From assembly GCA_963707985.1 (NCBI GenBank), contig CAVPRW010000046.1:64001-128000 (forward strand): a stretch of 64,000 nt of DNA. The letters run 5' to 3'. A model generated the notes under the pieces. It searched no databases. It saw nothing but the letters and a program-made list of their open reading frames with translations, and had not been told where the DNA came from. Made by a program: the position numbers and the translations under genes. The stretch comes from an uncultured Nitrospinota bacterium. GTDB taxonomy: Bacteria > Tectomicrobia > Entotheonellia > J063 > CAVPRW01. Within the stretch, counting starts at the first letter, position 1; each line of letters begins with the position of its first letter. Shown piece by piece: positions 9,369 to 19,700 of this stretch.

Positions 9369-11659
9369 TCACCCTGAAATGGATGCTCGCCATCGGCATG
9401 GTGGCGGGACTGCTCGGTAGCCGGCCAGCATGCGGGTGCGGGCCGTTTTTCGAGCAGGCCATTTTCACTTATACTTTGCACCCCGATCTGCCATTGACGA
9501 ATTTTGCGCAGGGGCAACTGGGCATTCTGCAGCCAACGTACGCGCGATCCTACCTCTACGTGGCCTACCGCCACCTCATCGGCATGGGGTTTGATCAGGA
9601 GGAGCAGGCGGCGCTGGTGGCTCTGTGGGATGAACGGCTCAATCCGCAAGCCGACCTGTGGAACCCCAATGCCAGCGCTGCCGTCAAGGCCTGGTCTGAC
9701 GTGCGAACGCAGTTCGCTGCGGTAGGACCACTCCCACAAATCAACGTGTTCAAAGCCCTGGAAGCCCGCAATGGCGCATTCTATTATCATGAGTATGTGA
9801 ATTGCACGGCAGATGCCTTTCAAACGGCGGCGCACACCTTGACTGCGCGCATCGAGCAGTTTGGGGTCGATAGCGTCGACGTGCTGGACTGGGTGCGCGC
9901 CCAAGATCAGGTGTTCAGCAATTGCTCGGGGGTGCGGGCGATCCCAGCTCCCGCCGCCCCGCAAAGCCCCGAGATCCTCCAGAAGGATCGCGCCTACCAG
10001 ATCGCCGCGGCGCATTTCTATGCCGGCGATCTAGCGGCCGCTGAGCGCCTGTTTGGCGACATAGCTGATGATCCGGCGTCCCACTGGCGACCGCTGGCTC
10101 CATATCTCGTCGCCAGGTCGTTACTGCGCCAGGGCAGCCTGGTCCCACGCTATGACGATGTCGATACCGCCAAGCTCGCCGCCGCCCAACAGACGTTGAC
10201 TGCCATTCTAGACGACAAGAACCTGCAAGTCATCCACCCCGCCGCCAGACGCCTCCTGGCCGTGGTACGGGCGCGCTTGGAGCCGGCCGTGCGCGTGCAC
10301 GAGCTGGCGCAAAGCCTGCTCACGCCCCACAGTGGGCCAACGCTGAAGCAGGATCTGTGGGATTACACTCTCTTGCTAGACCGCGTCGCGGACGAACGCC
10401 ATGCCGCTGATGCCAGGGCCGCCCGCCGCGATGACTTGACGGATTGGATCCTGACCTTTCAGGACACCGGTCCCGCCGCTCTGGAGCATGCCCTGGAACG
10501 CTGGACATCGACGGCGGCGCTGCCGTGGATGGTAGCTGCCTTAACTAAGATCGACGTGGGGCATGCTAGGCATCGCGACCTGCTCGCCGCGGCGGAAAAG
10601 GTACCGCAGGAGGCGCCGGGGTTTGCCTCGGTGATGTTCCATCGTCTGCGTCTGCTGGCGGCCGCAGGGAAGCGGGATGAGGTACGCCAGCAGTTGGACA
10701 GTCTGCTCTCTCAAGCGCCGCCCACATTCCCGCCGTCGGGGCGCAATTTATTGCTGGCCTTGCGGATGAAACTGGCGCGCACGCGATATGAGTTCATGAC
10801 CTATGCGCCACGTCTGCCGGTGGCCATCACCTACAACATCGACGGGCGTGAGCTTCCGGAGAACATGGAGACGAACGAGCGCCTGCAGCTGATTGCGCAG
10901 GATCAGCCGCTCTTCGACGCCGACGCGGCACGGGTCTTCAATCGGCGATTGCCGCTCGACACCCTCAGGGAGATGGTACACCGTACCATTCTCCCCACCC
11001 ATCTGCGGCGTGAGCTGGCGATGGCCGTCCTGACGCGCTCCCTGATTATGAAAGAGGAGGACACCACCCGTGATCTGGTGCCGGTAGTCAAAACCCTGAT
11101 CCCGGAATTGGGGCCAGGCCTTGACGAATATCGTGCCACCATCAACCGAGACGCCAGAGCGTTTGCAGGAATCTTTATGATCCTGCGCTTCCCCGGCCTC
11201 AGGCCGTATGTGCAGGCTAATGTCGGGCGGTTGACTCCGATCGATCAAGTCGATAATTACCGCGACAACTGGTGGTGCGCCCTCGACCCCGCGACCATCG
11301 GTACCTCCCGAGACGGCGATCGACTTTCGGCGCCGCTGGAAATCCTCTACCGCAACGTGCAAGATCAGGCCTTTGAGTTTCTGAGTGCGTCACAAGCCAA
11401 TGCGGCCCAGCAAGAGCTGCAGCGACTGGCAAGTCTCGGGACGGCGCCGAACTACTTCAGCCAGCAAGTAATGGCCTGGGCACAGCGCGCCAGCAATGAC
11501 CCCCGTGTGCCAGAAGCTCTGCACCTGGTGGTGCGGGCGACCCGTTTTGGGTGCACCGATGCGGACACCGGCACTCTCTCCAAGGCGGCGTTCGATCTCC
11601 TGCACGAGCGTTACCCGAAAAGCCCGTGGGCACAGAAAACCAAGTACTGGTACAAGTAG
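9359..11659 (+). CDS. Large secreted alpha-helical/TPR-like protein
   Basis: GGAGG RBS; signal peptide then CGPFF; helical repeats; C-terminal PEALHLVVRATRFGC...RYPKSPWAQKTKYWY. Confidence 0.7.
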   Translation: MAIITLKWMLAIGMVAGLLGSRPACGCGPFFEQAIFTYTLHPDLPLTNFAQGQLGILQPTYARSYLYVAYRHLIGMGFDQEEQAALVALWDERLNPQADLWNPNASAAVKAWSDVRTQFAAVGPLPQINVFKALEARNGAFYYHEYVNCTADAFQTAAHTLTARIEQFGVDSVDVLDWVRAQDQVFSNCSGVRAIPAPAAPQSPEILQKDRAYQIAAAHFYAGDLAAAERLFGDIADDPASHWRPLAPYLVARSLLRQGSLVPRYDDVDTAKLAAAQQTLTAILDDKNLQVIHPAARRLLAVVRARLEPAVRVHELAQSLLTPHSGPTLKQDLWDYTLLLDRVADERHAADARAARRDDLTDWILTFQDTGPAALEHALERWTSTAALPWMVAALTKIDVGHARHRDLLAAAEKVPQEAPGFASVMFHRLRLLAAAGKRDEVRQQLDSLLSQAPPTFPPSGRNLLLALRMKLARTRYEFMTYAPRLPVAITYNIDGRELPENMETNERLQLIAQDQPLFDADAARVFNRRLPLDTLREMVHRTILPTHLRRELAMAVLTRSLIMKEEDTTRDLVPVVKTLIPELGPGLDEYRATINRDARAFAGIFMILRFPGLRPYVQANVGRLTPIDQVDNYRDNWWCALDPATIGTSRDGDRLSAPLEILYRNVQDQAFEFLSASQANAAQQELQRLASLGTAPNYFSQQVMAWAQRASNDPRVPEALHLVVRATRFGCTDADTGTLSKAAFDLLHERYPKSPWAQKTKYWYK

Positions 11660-11770
11660 ACGCCATCGGCACCATCCTGCTTGGCGACCGCAGCAGCCTG
11701 TGGTATAAGGGGCGCAAAGTTCCCTTTCCGCGTAGGAGCATACGCACCAGGGTTCCTACCCAGACATCGT

Positions 11771-11806
11771 TCCCTCTCCCTCTGGGAAGAGGGTGAGGGT
11801 GAGGGA
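11771..11806 (+). repeat. BoxC/REP-like palindromic repeat
   Basis: TCCCTCTCCCTCTGGGAAGAGGGTGAGGGTGAGGGA; related copies at 14328, 15099, 32525 and 58471. Confidence 0.7.
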
Positions 11807-11868
11807 GAAGATGCAGAGATGTTCCTCCACGCCACGACTAACGTTTCATCATAGAAGGATAACCACGC

Positions 11869-13170
11869 ATGGATGCAGCTGAATCGCAAACCCTCGATGC
11901 CCGTATCGCCGCTCTCGAAGCCGAGCTCTGGCAACTCAAACGGCAGCGGGCCCAACGTGCCGGACCATCGCCCAAAGCGCTCGACGGCATTCGGGTACTG
12001 GATTTGTCGCGCTTCATCTTCGGGCCATTCTGCACACAGATGCTTGCCGACATGGGAGCGGACATCATCAAGGTCGAGCCCATCGGCATCGGCGATCCGG
12101 CTCGGCTGGCTGGTATCATCTCGGTCAACGGCGTCAGCACCTCATTTCTTGCCCGCAACCGTAACAAGCGCAGCATCTGCCTCGACCTGCGCACAGCGGC
12201 CGGTCAGGAGATCGCGCTGCGCTTGGTGGACCGCTGCGACGTCCTCATCCATAACTTCCGCCCCGATGTCATGCCCCGCCTGGGACTCGACCCCAAACGC
12301 GTGCGCGAACGCAATCCTGCTTTGATCTACTGCTCGCTGTCGGGTTATGGCCAGACTGGCCCCCGTGCTGACTGGCCAGGGCAGGATCTGCTGGTGCAGG
12401 CGATGTCGGGGATCATCAGCACGACCGGATGGGACGATGGCCCGCCGGTGGCGGTTGGCGCCTATATGGCCGATGTCGCCGGCGCGTTGACGGCCGCCTA
12501 TGGCGTGCTGACGGCGCTCTACGCCCGTTCGCAGTATGGTATCGGGCAGGAGATCGAAGTGTCGTTGCTGGACTCCATGATCGCCTTTCAAGCGATGGAG
12601 ACCGTGTCGTTCCTCAATTCCAACATCCTGCCCCGCAAGAGCGGAAGCGGCCACTGGCTGCTGCCGCAACCCTATGGCATCTATCACACCAAAGACAAGG
12701 ATCTGGCGGTCAATGCGCATTCGAACGACTGGTGGGGGCGCCTGTGTCGCGCCCCAGCTTTTGCCCATCTCGGTACTGACCCGCGCTTAGCCACCTCGGC
12801 CGGCCGTCTGGAACACCGCGCCGAGCTCACCCAGGCCATGCAAGCGATCTTACTCACCAAAACCCGCGAAGAGTGGCTGGAATACCTGGGCCAATACGAT
12901 GTGCTGTGCGCCCCGGTCTACGATTACCAGGAACTGTTCGCCGACCCGCAGGTCCATCACAACCAGATGGTAGTCGAGCAGGAGCATCCCAAGGCGGGCC
13001 GGGTCAAGGTGATCGGCATCCCGGTGAAATTCTCCGAGACGCCAGGCGAGGTCGGCCCCGCCGCCCCGCTGTTGGGCGAGCACACCGAGGAGATCCTGCA
13101 CTGGCTGGGATATGATGCGGAAACGATCAATCGGCTACGTCAAGAGAAAGTGCTGAGTCCTGAGTCGTAA
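11869..13170 (+). CDS. CaiB/BaiF family III CoA-transferase
   Basis: LDGIRVLDLSR..GPFCTQMLADMGADIIKVE, NRNKRS, HNFRP and APLLGEHTEE motifs. Confidence 0.95.
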   Translation: MDAAESQTLDARIAALEAELWQLKRQRAQRAGPSPKALDGIRVLDLSRFIFGPFCTQMLADMGADIIKVEPIGIGDPARLAGIISVNGVSTSFLARNRNKRSICLDLRTAAGQEIALRLVDRCDVLIHNFRPDVMPRLGLDPKRVRERNPALIYCSLSGYGQTGPRADWPGQDLLVQAMSGIISTTGWDDGPPVAVGAYMADVAGALTAAYGVLTALYARSQYGIGQEIEVSLLDSMIAFQAMETVSFLNSNILPRKSGSGHWLLPQPYGIYHTKDKDLAVNAHSNDWWGRLCRAPAFAHLGTDPRLATSAGRLEHRAELTQAMQAILLTKTREEWLEYLGQYDVLCAPVYDYQELFADPQVHHNQMVVEQEHPKAGRVKVIGIPVKFSETPGEVGPAAPLLGEHTEEILHWLGYDAETINRLRQEKVLSPES

Positions 13171-13258
13171 GCGCCGTGTGCCAGGTGCTCGATTTAGGAT
13201 CGTTATGCCTCTCAGCACACATCCCTCAGCACTCAGCACGACTGTGAGGAGATTCGCC

Positions 13259-14218
13259 ATGCCCTTCAAGCTCGTCATGGTCCCACCCAATACGCAGCCC
13301 GACTGGCCCGAGAAGATTCGCGCCGCCGTGCCCGATTGTCACGTGCAGCTCTTTGACTCGGCCGAAGCCGCCATGGAGGCGATCGTCGATGCCGACGCCG
13401 CCTACGGCAACATCGTTCCCGAGCTGTTCCGCCGTGCCAAAAAGCTGCGTTGGATTCAAGCGCCAGCGGCGGCTCCCCCGGTAGGCTACTATCACCAGGA
13501 GCTCATCGACAGCGACGTCATCGTCACCAATCAGCGCGAGATCTACAACGATCACATCAGCGCCCACATCATGGCTTTTGTCCTGGCCTTTGCGCGCGGC
13601 CTGCAGCGCTACATCCCGCAGCAGCTCAATAGCCAGTGGCAAAGACAGGGCCTCGAGGCCACCATCTACCTGCCCGAGGCCACCGCCCTGATCGTCGGTG
13701 TCGGCGGCATCGGCGGCGAAGCCTCGCGGCTGTGCGCTGCATTTGGCATGACCGTTCTGGGGCTGGACCCACGTCGCTCCGAGGCCCCCACCAGTATGAA
13801 GGAGCTGCATCGCCCGGACGAATTGCATCATCTCCTGCCGCAGGCCGATTTCGTCATCATGACCGTGCCCCAAACGCCGCAAACCCGCAACATGATGGCA
13901 GCGCGGGAGTTCAGACTGATGAAGAAGCCGGGTTTCTTGATCAATATCGGACGCGGCGGCTGCGTGGTCCTCGACGACCTGGTCGAGGCACTGCGGGCCG
14001 GAGAGATCGCCGGGGCTGGCCTGGATGTGTTCCAGACCGAGCCGTTGCCACCGGAGCATCCCCTGTGGACCATGCCCGGCGTGCTGATCACGCCACACGT
14101 CGCCGGGGTCGGACCATATTTACCGGAGCGTCGCACCGAGCTGCTGCTGGAAAATTGCCGTCGGTTCAGCGCAGGACAGCCGTTGCTCAACGTTGTCGAT
14201 AAAACCAACTGGTTCTGA
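13259..14218 (+). CDS. D-2-hydroxyacid dehydrogenase
   Basis: GVGGIG Rossmann motif, INIGRG, GLDVFQTEPL, ITPHVAG; GAGGAG RBS. Confidence 0.93.
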   Translation: MPFKLVMVPPNTQPDWPEKIRAAVPDCHVQLFDSAEAAMEAIVDADAAYGNIVPELFRRAKKLRWIQAPAAAPPVGYYHQELIDSDVIVTNQREIYNDHISAHIMAFVLAFARGLQRYIPQQLNSQWQRQGLEATIYLPEATALIVGVGGIGGEASRLCAAFGMTVLGLDPRRSEAPTSMKELHRPDELHHLLPQADFVIMTVPQTPQTRNMMAAREFRLMKKPGFLINIGRGGCVVLDDLVEALRAGEIAGAGLDVFQTEPLPPEHPLWTMPGVLITPHVAGVGPYLPERRTELLLENCRRFSAGQPLLNVVDKTNWF

Positions 14219-14327
14219 ACGCACGTCATTCATCTTCTCTCCCCGTTGCCCTCTCGGGAAGATGGAATGGGCGGGGATGAGCCTCTTGCCCCCTCTCTCC
14301 TGAGAGACGGCCGGAGCGCGGCCGTTG

Positions 14328-14365
14328 TCCCCCTCTCCCTCCGGGAGAGGGTTGGGGTGAGGGGA
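14328..14365 (+). repeat. BoxC/REP-like palindromic repeat
   Basis: TCCCCCTCTCCCTCCGGGAGAGGGTTGGGGTGAGGGGA, with degenerate copies at about 14235-14312. Confidence 0.75.
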
Positions 14366-14394
14366 AAAGAGCAACAATCTGAGGGACACAGACG

Positions 14395-15129
14395 ATGGAG
14401 CAGCCTTTTCGACCCGAGCATTTTCAGCGCCTCGATGAAAACCCTGACCCCGAGTTCTACAGCTTCCCGCGCAAGGTCGTCCACATCGATGACGCCGCCA
14501 TCGAGGCGATCAAGCAGTTCTTTGCCGAGACCTTACCGCCCAACGGCGTGATTCTCGATCTGCTGAGTAGCTGGCGCTCGCACTGGCCAGCAGAATTGCC
14601 GAAGCAGCGCCTGGTGGGGTTGGGACTCAACGCCGAGGAAATGGCCGACAACCCGCATCTGGACGACTACGTGGTGCACAACGCCAACGCCGACCCACGT
14701 CTGCCGTTCGACGACAATCTGTTCGATGCCGTGGTGTTGACCGTCTCGATCCAGTATCTGACGCAGCCTATCGAAGTCTTCCGTGACGTCAATCGCATTC
14801 TGAAGCCCGGCGGTCTCTTCGCGGTGATCTTCTCCAATCGCATGTTTCCCACCAAAGCCGTAGCCGTGTGGCGGGCCATGGGCGACGACCAGCATATCAA
14901 ACTGGTGAACTCGTATTTCCATTATGCCGGCAATTTCGTGGAGTTGGAAGCCCAGGATCGCTCCCCACAGGCCGACGAGTATACCGACCCGGTCTATATC
15001 GTCATGGCCCGCAAGGGGAGGCGGAGGGTGACCCATCGATCTTCGCCCCAGAGAGCTGGCGTCTCGATTTCCGCTCCTGCTGGGAGAGCCTATGCTTATC
15101 CCCCTCCCTCCGGGAGAGGGTCAGGGTGA
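14395..15129 (+). CDS. Class I SAM-dependent methyltransferase (type 11)
   Basis: ILDLLSSWRSH, LGLNAEE, SIQYLTQP and FSNRMFPTKA motifs; C-terminus reads into a repeat. Confidence 0.88.
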   Translation: MEQPFRPEHFQRLDENPDPEFYSFPRKVVHIDDAAIEAIKQFFAETLPPNGVILDLLSSWRSHWPAELPKQRLVGLGLNAEEMADNPHLDDYVVHNANADPRLPFDDNLFDAVVLTVSIQYLTQPIEVFRDVNRILKPGGLFAVIFSNRMFPTKAVAVWRAMGDDQHIKLVNSYFHYAGNFVELEAQDRSPQADEYTDPVYIVMARKGRRRVTHRSSPQRAGVSISAPAGRAYAYPPPSGRGSG

Positions 15130-15133
15130 GGGA
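15099..15133 (+). repeat. BoxC/REP-like palindromic repeat
   Basis: TCCCCCTCCCTCCGGGAGAGGGTCAGGGTGAGGGA; overlaps the upstream stop and the RBS region of the next gene. Confidence 0.7.
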
Positions 15134-15136
15134 GAT

Positions 15137-16021
15137 ATGCCAACCGCCATCCGTCCCCGCCGCAGCGTCCTTTTCATGCCCGGCTCCAATGCCCGTGCCC
15201 TCGAACGCGCCAAGACGCTGCCAGCCGATGCGCTGATATTCGATCTCGAAGATGCCGTGGCCCCCGACGCCAAAGCCATGGCACGCCAGATGGTATGCGA
15301 TACCGTGCGCGCTGGCGGCTATGGCAAACGTGAACTGATCGTCCGTGTCAATGCTCTAGCGACCCCGTGGGGCGATGCCGACCTCGCCGCCGTGGCCACC
15401 TGTGGCGCCGACGCCATCCTGTTGCCGAAGGTCGACAGCGCCGATACGGTGCGGCAAGTCTCAAGCATCCTGATCACGCACGGAGCCCCCGAGCAGCTGG
15501 CCATCTGGTGCATGCTCGAAACGCCACGCGGTATCCTGCGAGCCGAGGACATCGCTGCCAGTCCGCGCGTCGGCGCGTTAGTCATGGGCACTTCCGATCT
15601 GACCACAGAGCTGCATGCCCGCCACACCCGCGAGCGCTTGCCCATGCTGCCGAGTCTCGGCTGGTGTCTTCTGATCGGCCGTGCCTATGGTCTGACGATG
15701 CTTGACGGCGTGCATCTCGACCTCAACGACGATGCAGGCTTTGAATATGCCTGTCGCCAGGCCGCCGACATGGGCTTCGACGGCAAGACCCTGATCCACC
15801 CCAAGACCATCGCCGTCGCCAATGTGATTTTCGCGCCATCTCCAACCGACCTCGCCTCGGCCCGCAAGATCATCGCCGCTCACGCTGAGGCCACGGCGCA
15901 GGGCAAGGGGGTGGTCGTCGTCGATGGCCGTCTGATCGAGAACCTGCACGTGGAAGAAGCCCATCGCCTGATCGGACTGGCCGAGCTGATTGCGGAATTG
16001 GAGGCCGAGGTAGGATCATGA
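15137..16021 (+). CDS. CitE/HpcH-family CoA ester lyase (malyl-CoA lyase/thioesterase-like)
   Basis: RRSVLFMPGSN, DLEDAV, VRVN, GFDGKTLIHP and LIENLHV motifs. Confidence 0.92.
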   Translation: MPTAIRPRRSVLFMPGSNARALERAKTLPADALIFDLEDAVAPDAKAMARQMVCDTVRAGGYGKRELIVRVNALATPWGDADLAAVATCGADAILLPKVDSADTVRQVSSILITHGAPEQLAIWCMLETPRGILRAEDIAASPRVGALVMGTSDLTTELHARHTRERLPMLPSLGWCLLIGRAYGLTMLDGVHLDLNDDAGFEYACRQAADMGFDGKTLIHPKTIAVANVIFAPSPTDLASARKIIAAHAEATAQGKGVVVVDGRLIENLHVEEAHRLIGLAELIAELEAEVGS

Positions 16022-16046
16022 GCCTGTTAGAATACCTGAAAGGCAG

Positions 16047-16403
16047 GTGATGACCGTGAATCCAGCGAGACGACCGCGATTCAGGTATGACGCCTTCATC
16101 AGCTACAGCCACCGCAATAAGGATTGGGTACGCAGCTGGCTTGTGCCACAGTTGCGGAATTCTGGGCTAAAGATTTGTATTGATTATGAGAGCTTCGAAC
16201 CCGGGGCGCCGTCTCTCACCGAAATGGAGCGGGCGGTACTCCAAAGTCGTAAAACCGTTCTTGTCCTGACACCGGAGTACCTGCAGAGTGGGTGGACAGA
16301 GTTCGAAAACATCCTGGTGCAGACACTCGATCCAGCGGGTCGCCAAGCACGACTCCTTCCAGTACTCCTTGTACATTGTCAGCGATTCCCGCTAGCTGCG
16401 TAA
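16047..16403 (+). CDS. TIR domain protein, C-terminally truncated
   Basis: YDAFISYSH...FEPG...SRKTVLVLTPEYLQSGWTEFE; the last TIR strand and helix appear to be missing. Confidence 0.85.
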   Translation: MMTVNPARRPRFRYDAFISYSHRNKDWVRSWLVPQLRNSGLKICIDYESFEPGAPSLTEMERAVLQSRKTVLVLTPEYLQSGWTEFENILVQTLDPAGRQARLLPVLLVHCQRFPLAA

Positions 16404-16464
16404 CCCTATAATAATCAATGGGCTAAAAAATGCCCTTTCGTAAACGTAACATCTTCTGACTTTA

Positions 16465-16707
16465 TTGAATACTGCCACCGCAGACGTTGGACCATTTGGC
16501 GATCATCTACACCATTACAGGAATCTCCTTGAGGCCGAACCGACACAACGGCAGGGGATGAGGCAGGTGATCAACAATGGAAACTGTCCCAGCTATGGAG
16601 TATTCTTGCGGTTGCGATCACTGGGGTTGATCACGGGCGTCAGCCACACTGCAGCCCAACCAAGATGCCAGACCTATGCGGTGTATTTTCAGAGGGTGTT
16701 GTCATGA
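16465..16707 (+). pseudogene. C-terminal remnant of an AAA_35-type STAND ATPase
   Basis: GPFGDHL...LRSLGLI...PRCQTYAVYF is typical of AAA_35 C-termini; its stop overlaps the ATG at 16704. Confidence 0.6.
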
Positions 16708-19700
16708 GGCGGGTCAACGCATCAGACCACTTTTATCAGGTGGGCGGCACCATGCATAGCAATACGTCGAGTTACGTGCAGCGCGAAGCCGACTTGGAGC
16801 TTGTGGAGCGCGCGGTGCGGAGACTTCTGTTACGTGCTCACGCCTCGACAGATGGGGAAGTCGAGCCTCATGATGCACACCGCCACGCAGCTGAAGAAAC
16901 GGCGTATTCACAGTGTTGTCATCGATCTTCAGGGCAAGATCGATCGTGGCATGGCAGCCGAGGCGTTCTATGCCGGTCTGGTCGACGACTTATTCGACAG
17001 CTCCAGTTACCGGTCAAGCTCGAACACTGGTGGCGTGACCATGCGCTACTCAGTGCCACCCAGCGCTTCTCGGATTTCGTGGCGGATGAGTCGCTAGGGC
17101 GCGTTACAGAAACGGGTGGTCGTGTTCATCGATGAGATCGATTCGACGCTGAACCTCGACTTTTCCGATGACTTTTTCGCAGCTATTCGTGCCTTCTATA
17201 ACCAGCGCGCACGGAATGCGAGCCTCAACCGAATCACGGTGGTCATGTTAGGCGTGGCTGCCCCTCAGGATCTCATCAAAGACCGAGCGCGCTCGCCCTT
17301 CAATATCGGTCATCGCATCGAGCTGACCGACTTTACGCTCGCCGAAGCAGGAACCTTGACTGCCGGGTTGCCAGTGGACAAGACGACAGCGGCACTGTGC
17401 CTAGCTCGCGTGTTCGATTGGACCGGCGGCCATCCTTACCTCACCCAAACAGTGTGTGCCGCCTTAGCCACGGATGCACAATCGCATTGGGATCACCAGG
17501 ACATCGATCATCTCATCAAGCGGCTCTTCTTCTCGGATGCGACATGGAGCGACCCGAATCTGGCCAATACCCGTGACCGTTTGGTCGAGGATCAGGAGTA
17601 TTCCGACGCCCTCCTGGATGTCTATCGACGCATCCTTGCAGGAGAGCTCGTGCGGGACGATGAACGTTCGCCGGTGCATGTGCGCTTGAAACTATCAGGG
17701 ATTGTGAAAGTGTTCCCCGGCGGTGTGCTGCGACCACGCAATCAGATCTACGAGCAACTGTTCGACCTCGCCTGGGTAGACACCGTGCTCCATTCGGACA
17801 AGCTGCACCAGGCGATCGCTGCGTTAGAAGCTCAACAGCGTGACTTGGGCCTGGACTTTACCCAGCAAATCACCGAGCTGCAGCAGCGTCTGAGAGACAT
17901 GGGAAACGTGGTGCAACATGGTTCTGGGGCCATGGCCACCACTGGCGGAGTTGCCGCCGGCGCCGGAGGCGTGGCCGTTGGGGGTGATTTGGCCGGAAAC
18001 GTGTTCATCGGCAGCACCGTCAACATCTCTAGCGGTCGTTATACCGGCCCGTCGACCAACGACCCCAGTGAAGCGTTTGCCATCTACCGCCGCGTGCTGG
18101 TGGACGGTTGCCGCCATATGTCGCTGCGGGGACTGGATGTCGACGCTAGCGACCCAACCGGCAGTCAAAAGCGTTTCGATCTCGCACAGGTCTATGTCGA
18201 CCTGCATACAACCACGCAGATCCCCCTGACCAATAAGGGAAAACGGCGGCGTGCAGAGCACACGCCATCGGCAGAACGGGAGACTCGCCCGCTGGGCGTG
18301 CTTGAGGCTGTCGTCGGCCAGCGCCATGTGGTCCTTCTAGGTGATCCCGGCTCCGGCAAGTCCACCTTCGTCACACACCTGGCGCTTTGCCTCGCCACAC
18401 ATGCCCTGGAGCCTGGGAAAAAGTGGCTGGCTCGTCTCACCGGTTGGCCGCAACAGGAAGCTGACCTCGTACCCGTCAGCGTCGTCCTGCGGGATTTTGC
18501 GCGCTGGCTCCCGCCTAAGGCGAAAAAGGCTGAGCCACGTCATCTGTGGAACTTCATTGTCGACCGTCTCAAGGCCCAGAATCTGGCTTTCGTGGCCAAG
18601 CCGTTGCATGACAGGCTCGAACATGGCAGGGCTATCCTCTTACTGGACGGTCTCGATGAAATTCCCACCCAACGGCATCGCACCTTCATTCGTGACGCGG
18701 TGGCCGCCTTCGCCACTCGCTACTCGCAGTGTCGCGTCCTCGTCACCTGTCGGACGTTCTCCTACCAGGACCCAGCCTGGCAGCTCAGCGACTTCCAGAG
18801 CTTCACCCTGGCCCCCTTCAGCGCAGAGCAGATCGACCGCTTCATCGCCGCCTGGCATGACGAACTGGTCCGACTGGGTACCATCAAATCGGGAGCGATC
18901 GAGGGGGCAAGCCGGCAGTTACAAGCGGCCGTGCGCCGCCCAGACCTCTGGCGGCTGGCATCGAACCCGCTGCTGCTGACCGTGATGGCCCTGGTGCATA
19001 CCCACAAAGGCCGACTCCCCGAGGCCCGCGCCCTGCTCTACGAAGAGACGATCGACATTCTGCTCTGGCGCTGGGAACAGGTCAAGGCCAGTGGTGAGGA
19101 TGAGGCGCCTCCCCTGCGCCAACTGCTGGCACAGGCGAATCGCACCGATGTGGACCTGAAGCGGGCGCTGTGGCGGCTGGCCTTCGAGGCGCATCGCGAG
19201 GGCGGGACCACAGACGGCGAGGCGGTGGCCGACATCGGTGAGTCGCGACTCAACAAGGCACTCGTCGAGCTGCATCCGGATAAAAGCCGCGATTGGGCGC
19301 ATCAGGTGGTCGAGGTCATGAAGCTGCGCGCCGGGCTGCTGCTGGAGCGCGTCCCAGAGGTGTATACGTTTCCCCATCGGACCTTCCAGGAATATCTGGC
19401 GGGCGCCCATCTCTCGATTCAGTCCGATTTCGCCCAGCACGGGGCACGGTTGGCGGCTGAAGGGGTCTTCTGGCACCAGGTCGTGTTGCTGGCCGTGGGC
19501 CGACTGGTCTATCTGAGTGGGGAAACCGCCAAGCCGCTGGCCCTGGTGGCAGAGCTCTGTCCGGCGGCGGTGGTGGATACGGACGTGGCCTGGAGACAGG
19601 CCTGGCTGGCAGGCGAGGCGCTGCTGGAAATGGGCTTGAACCGCGTCGACGAAAGCGCCCTCGGGCGCGAGTTGGTCGCGCGCCTGCGTGGTCGCCTGGT

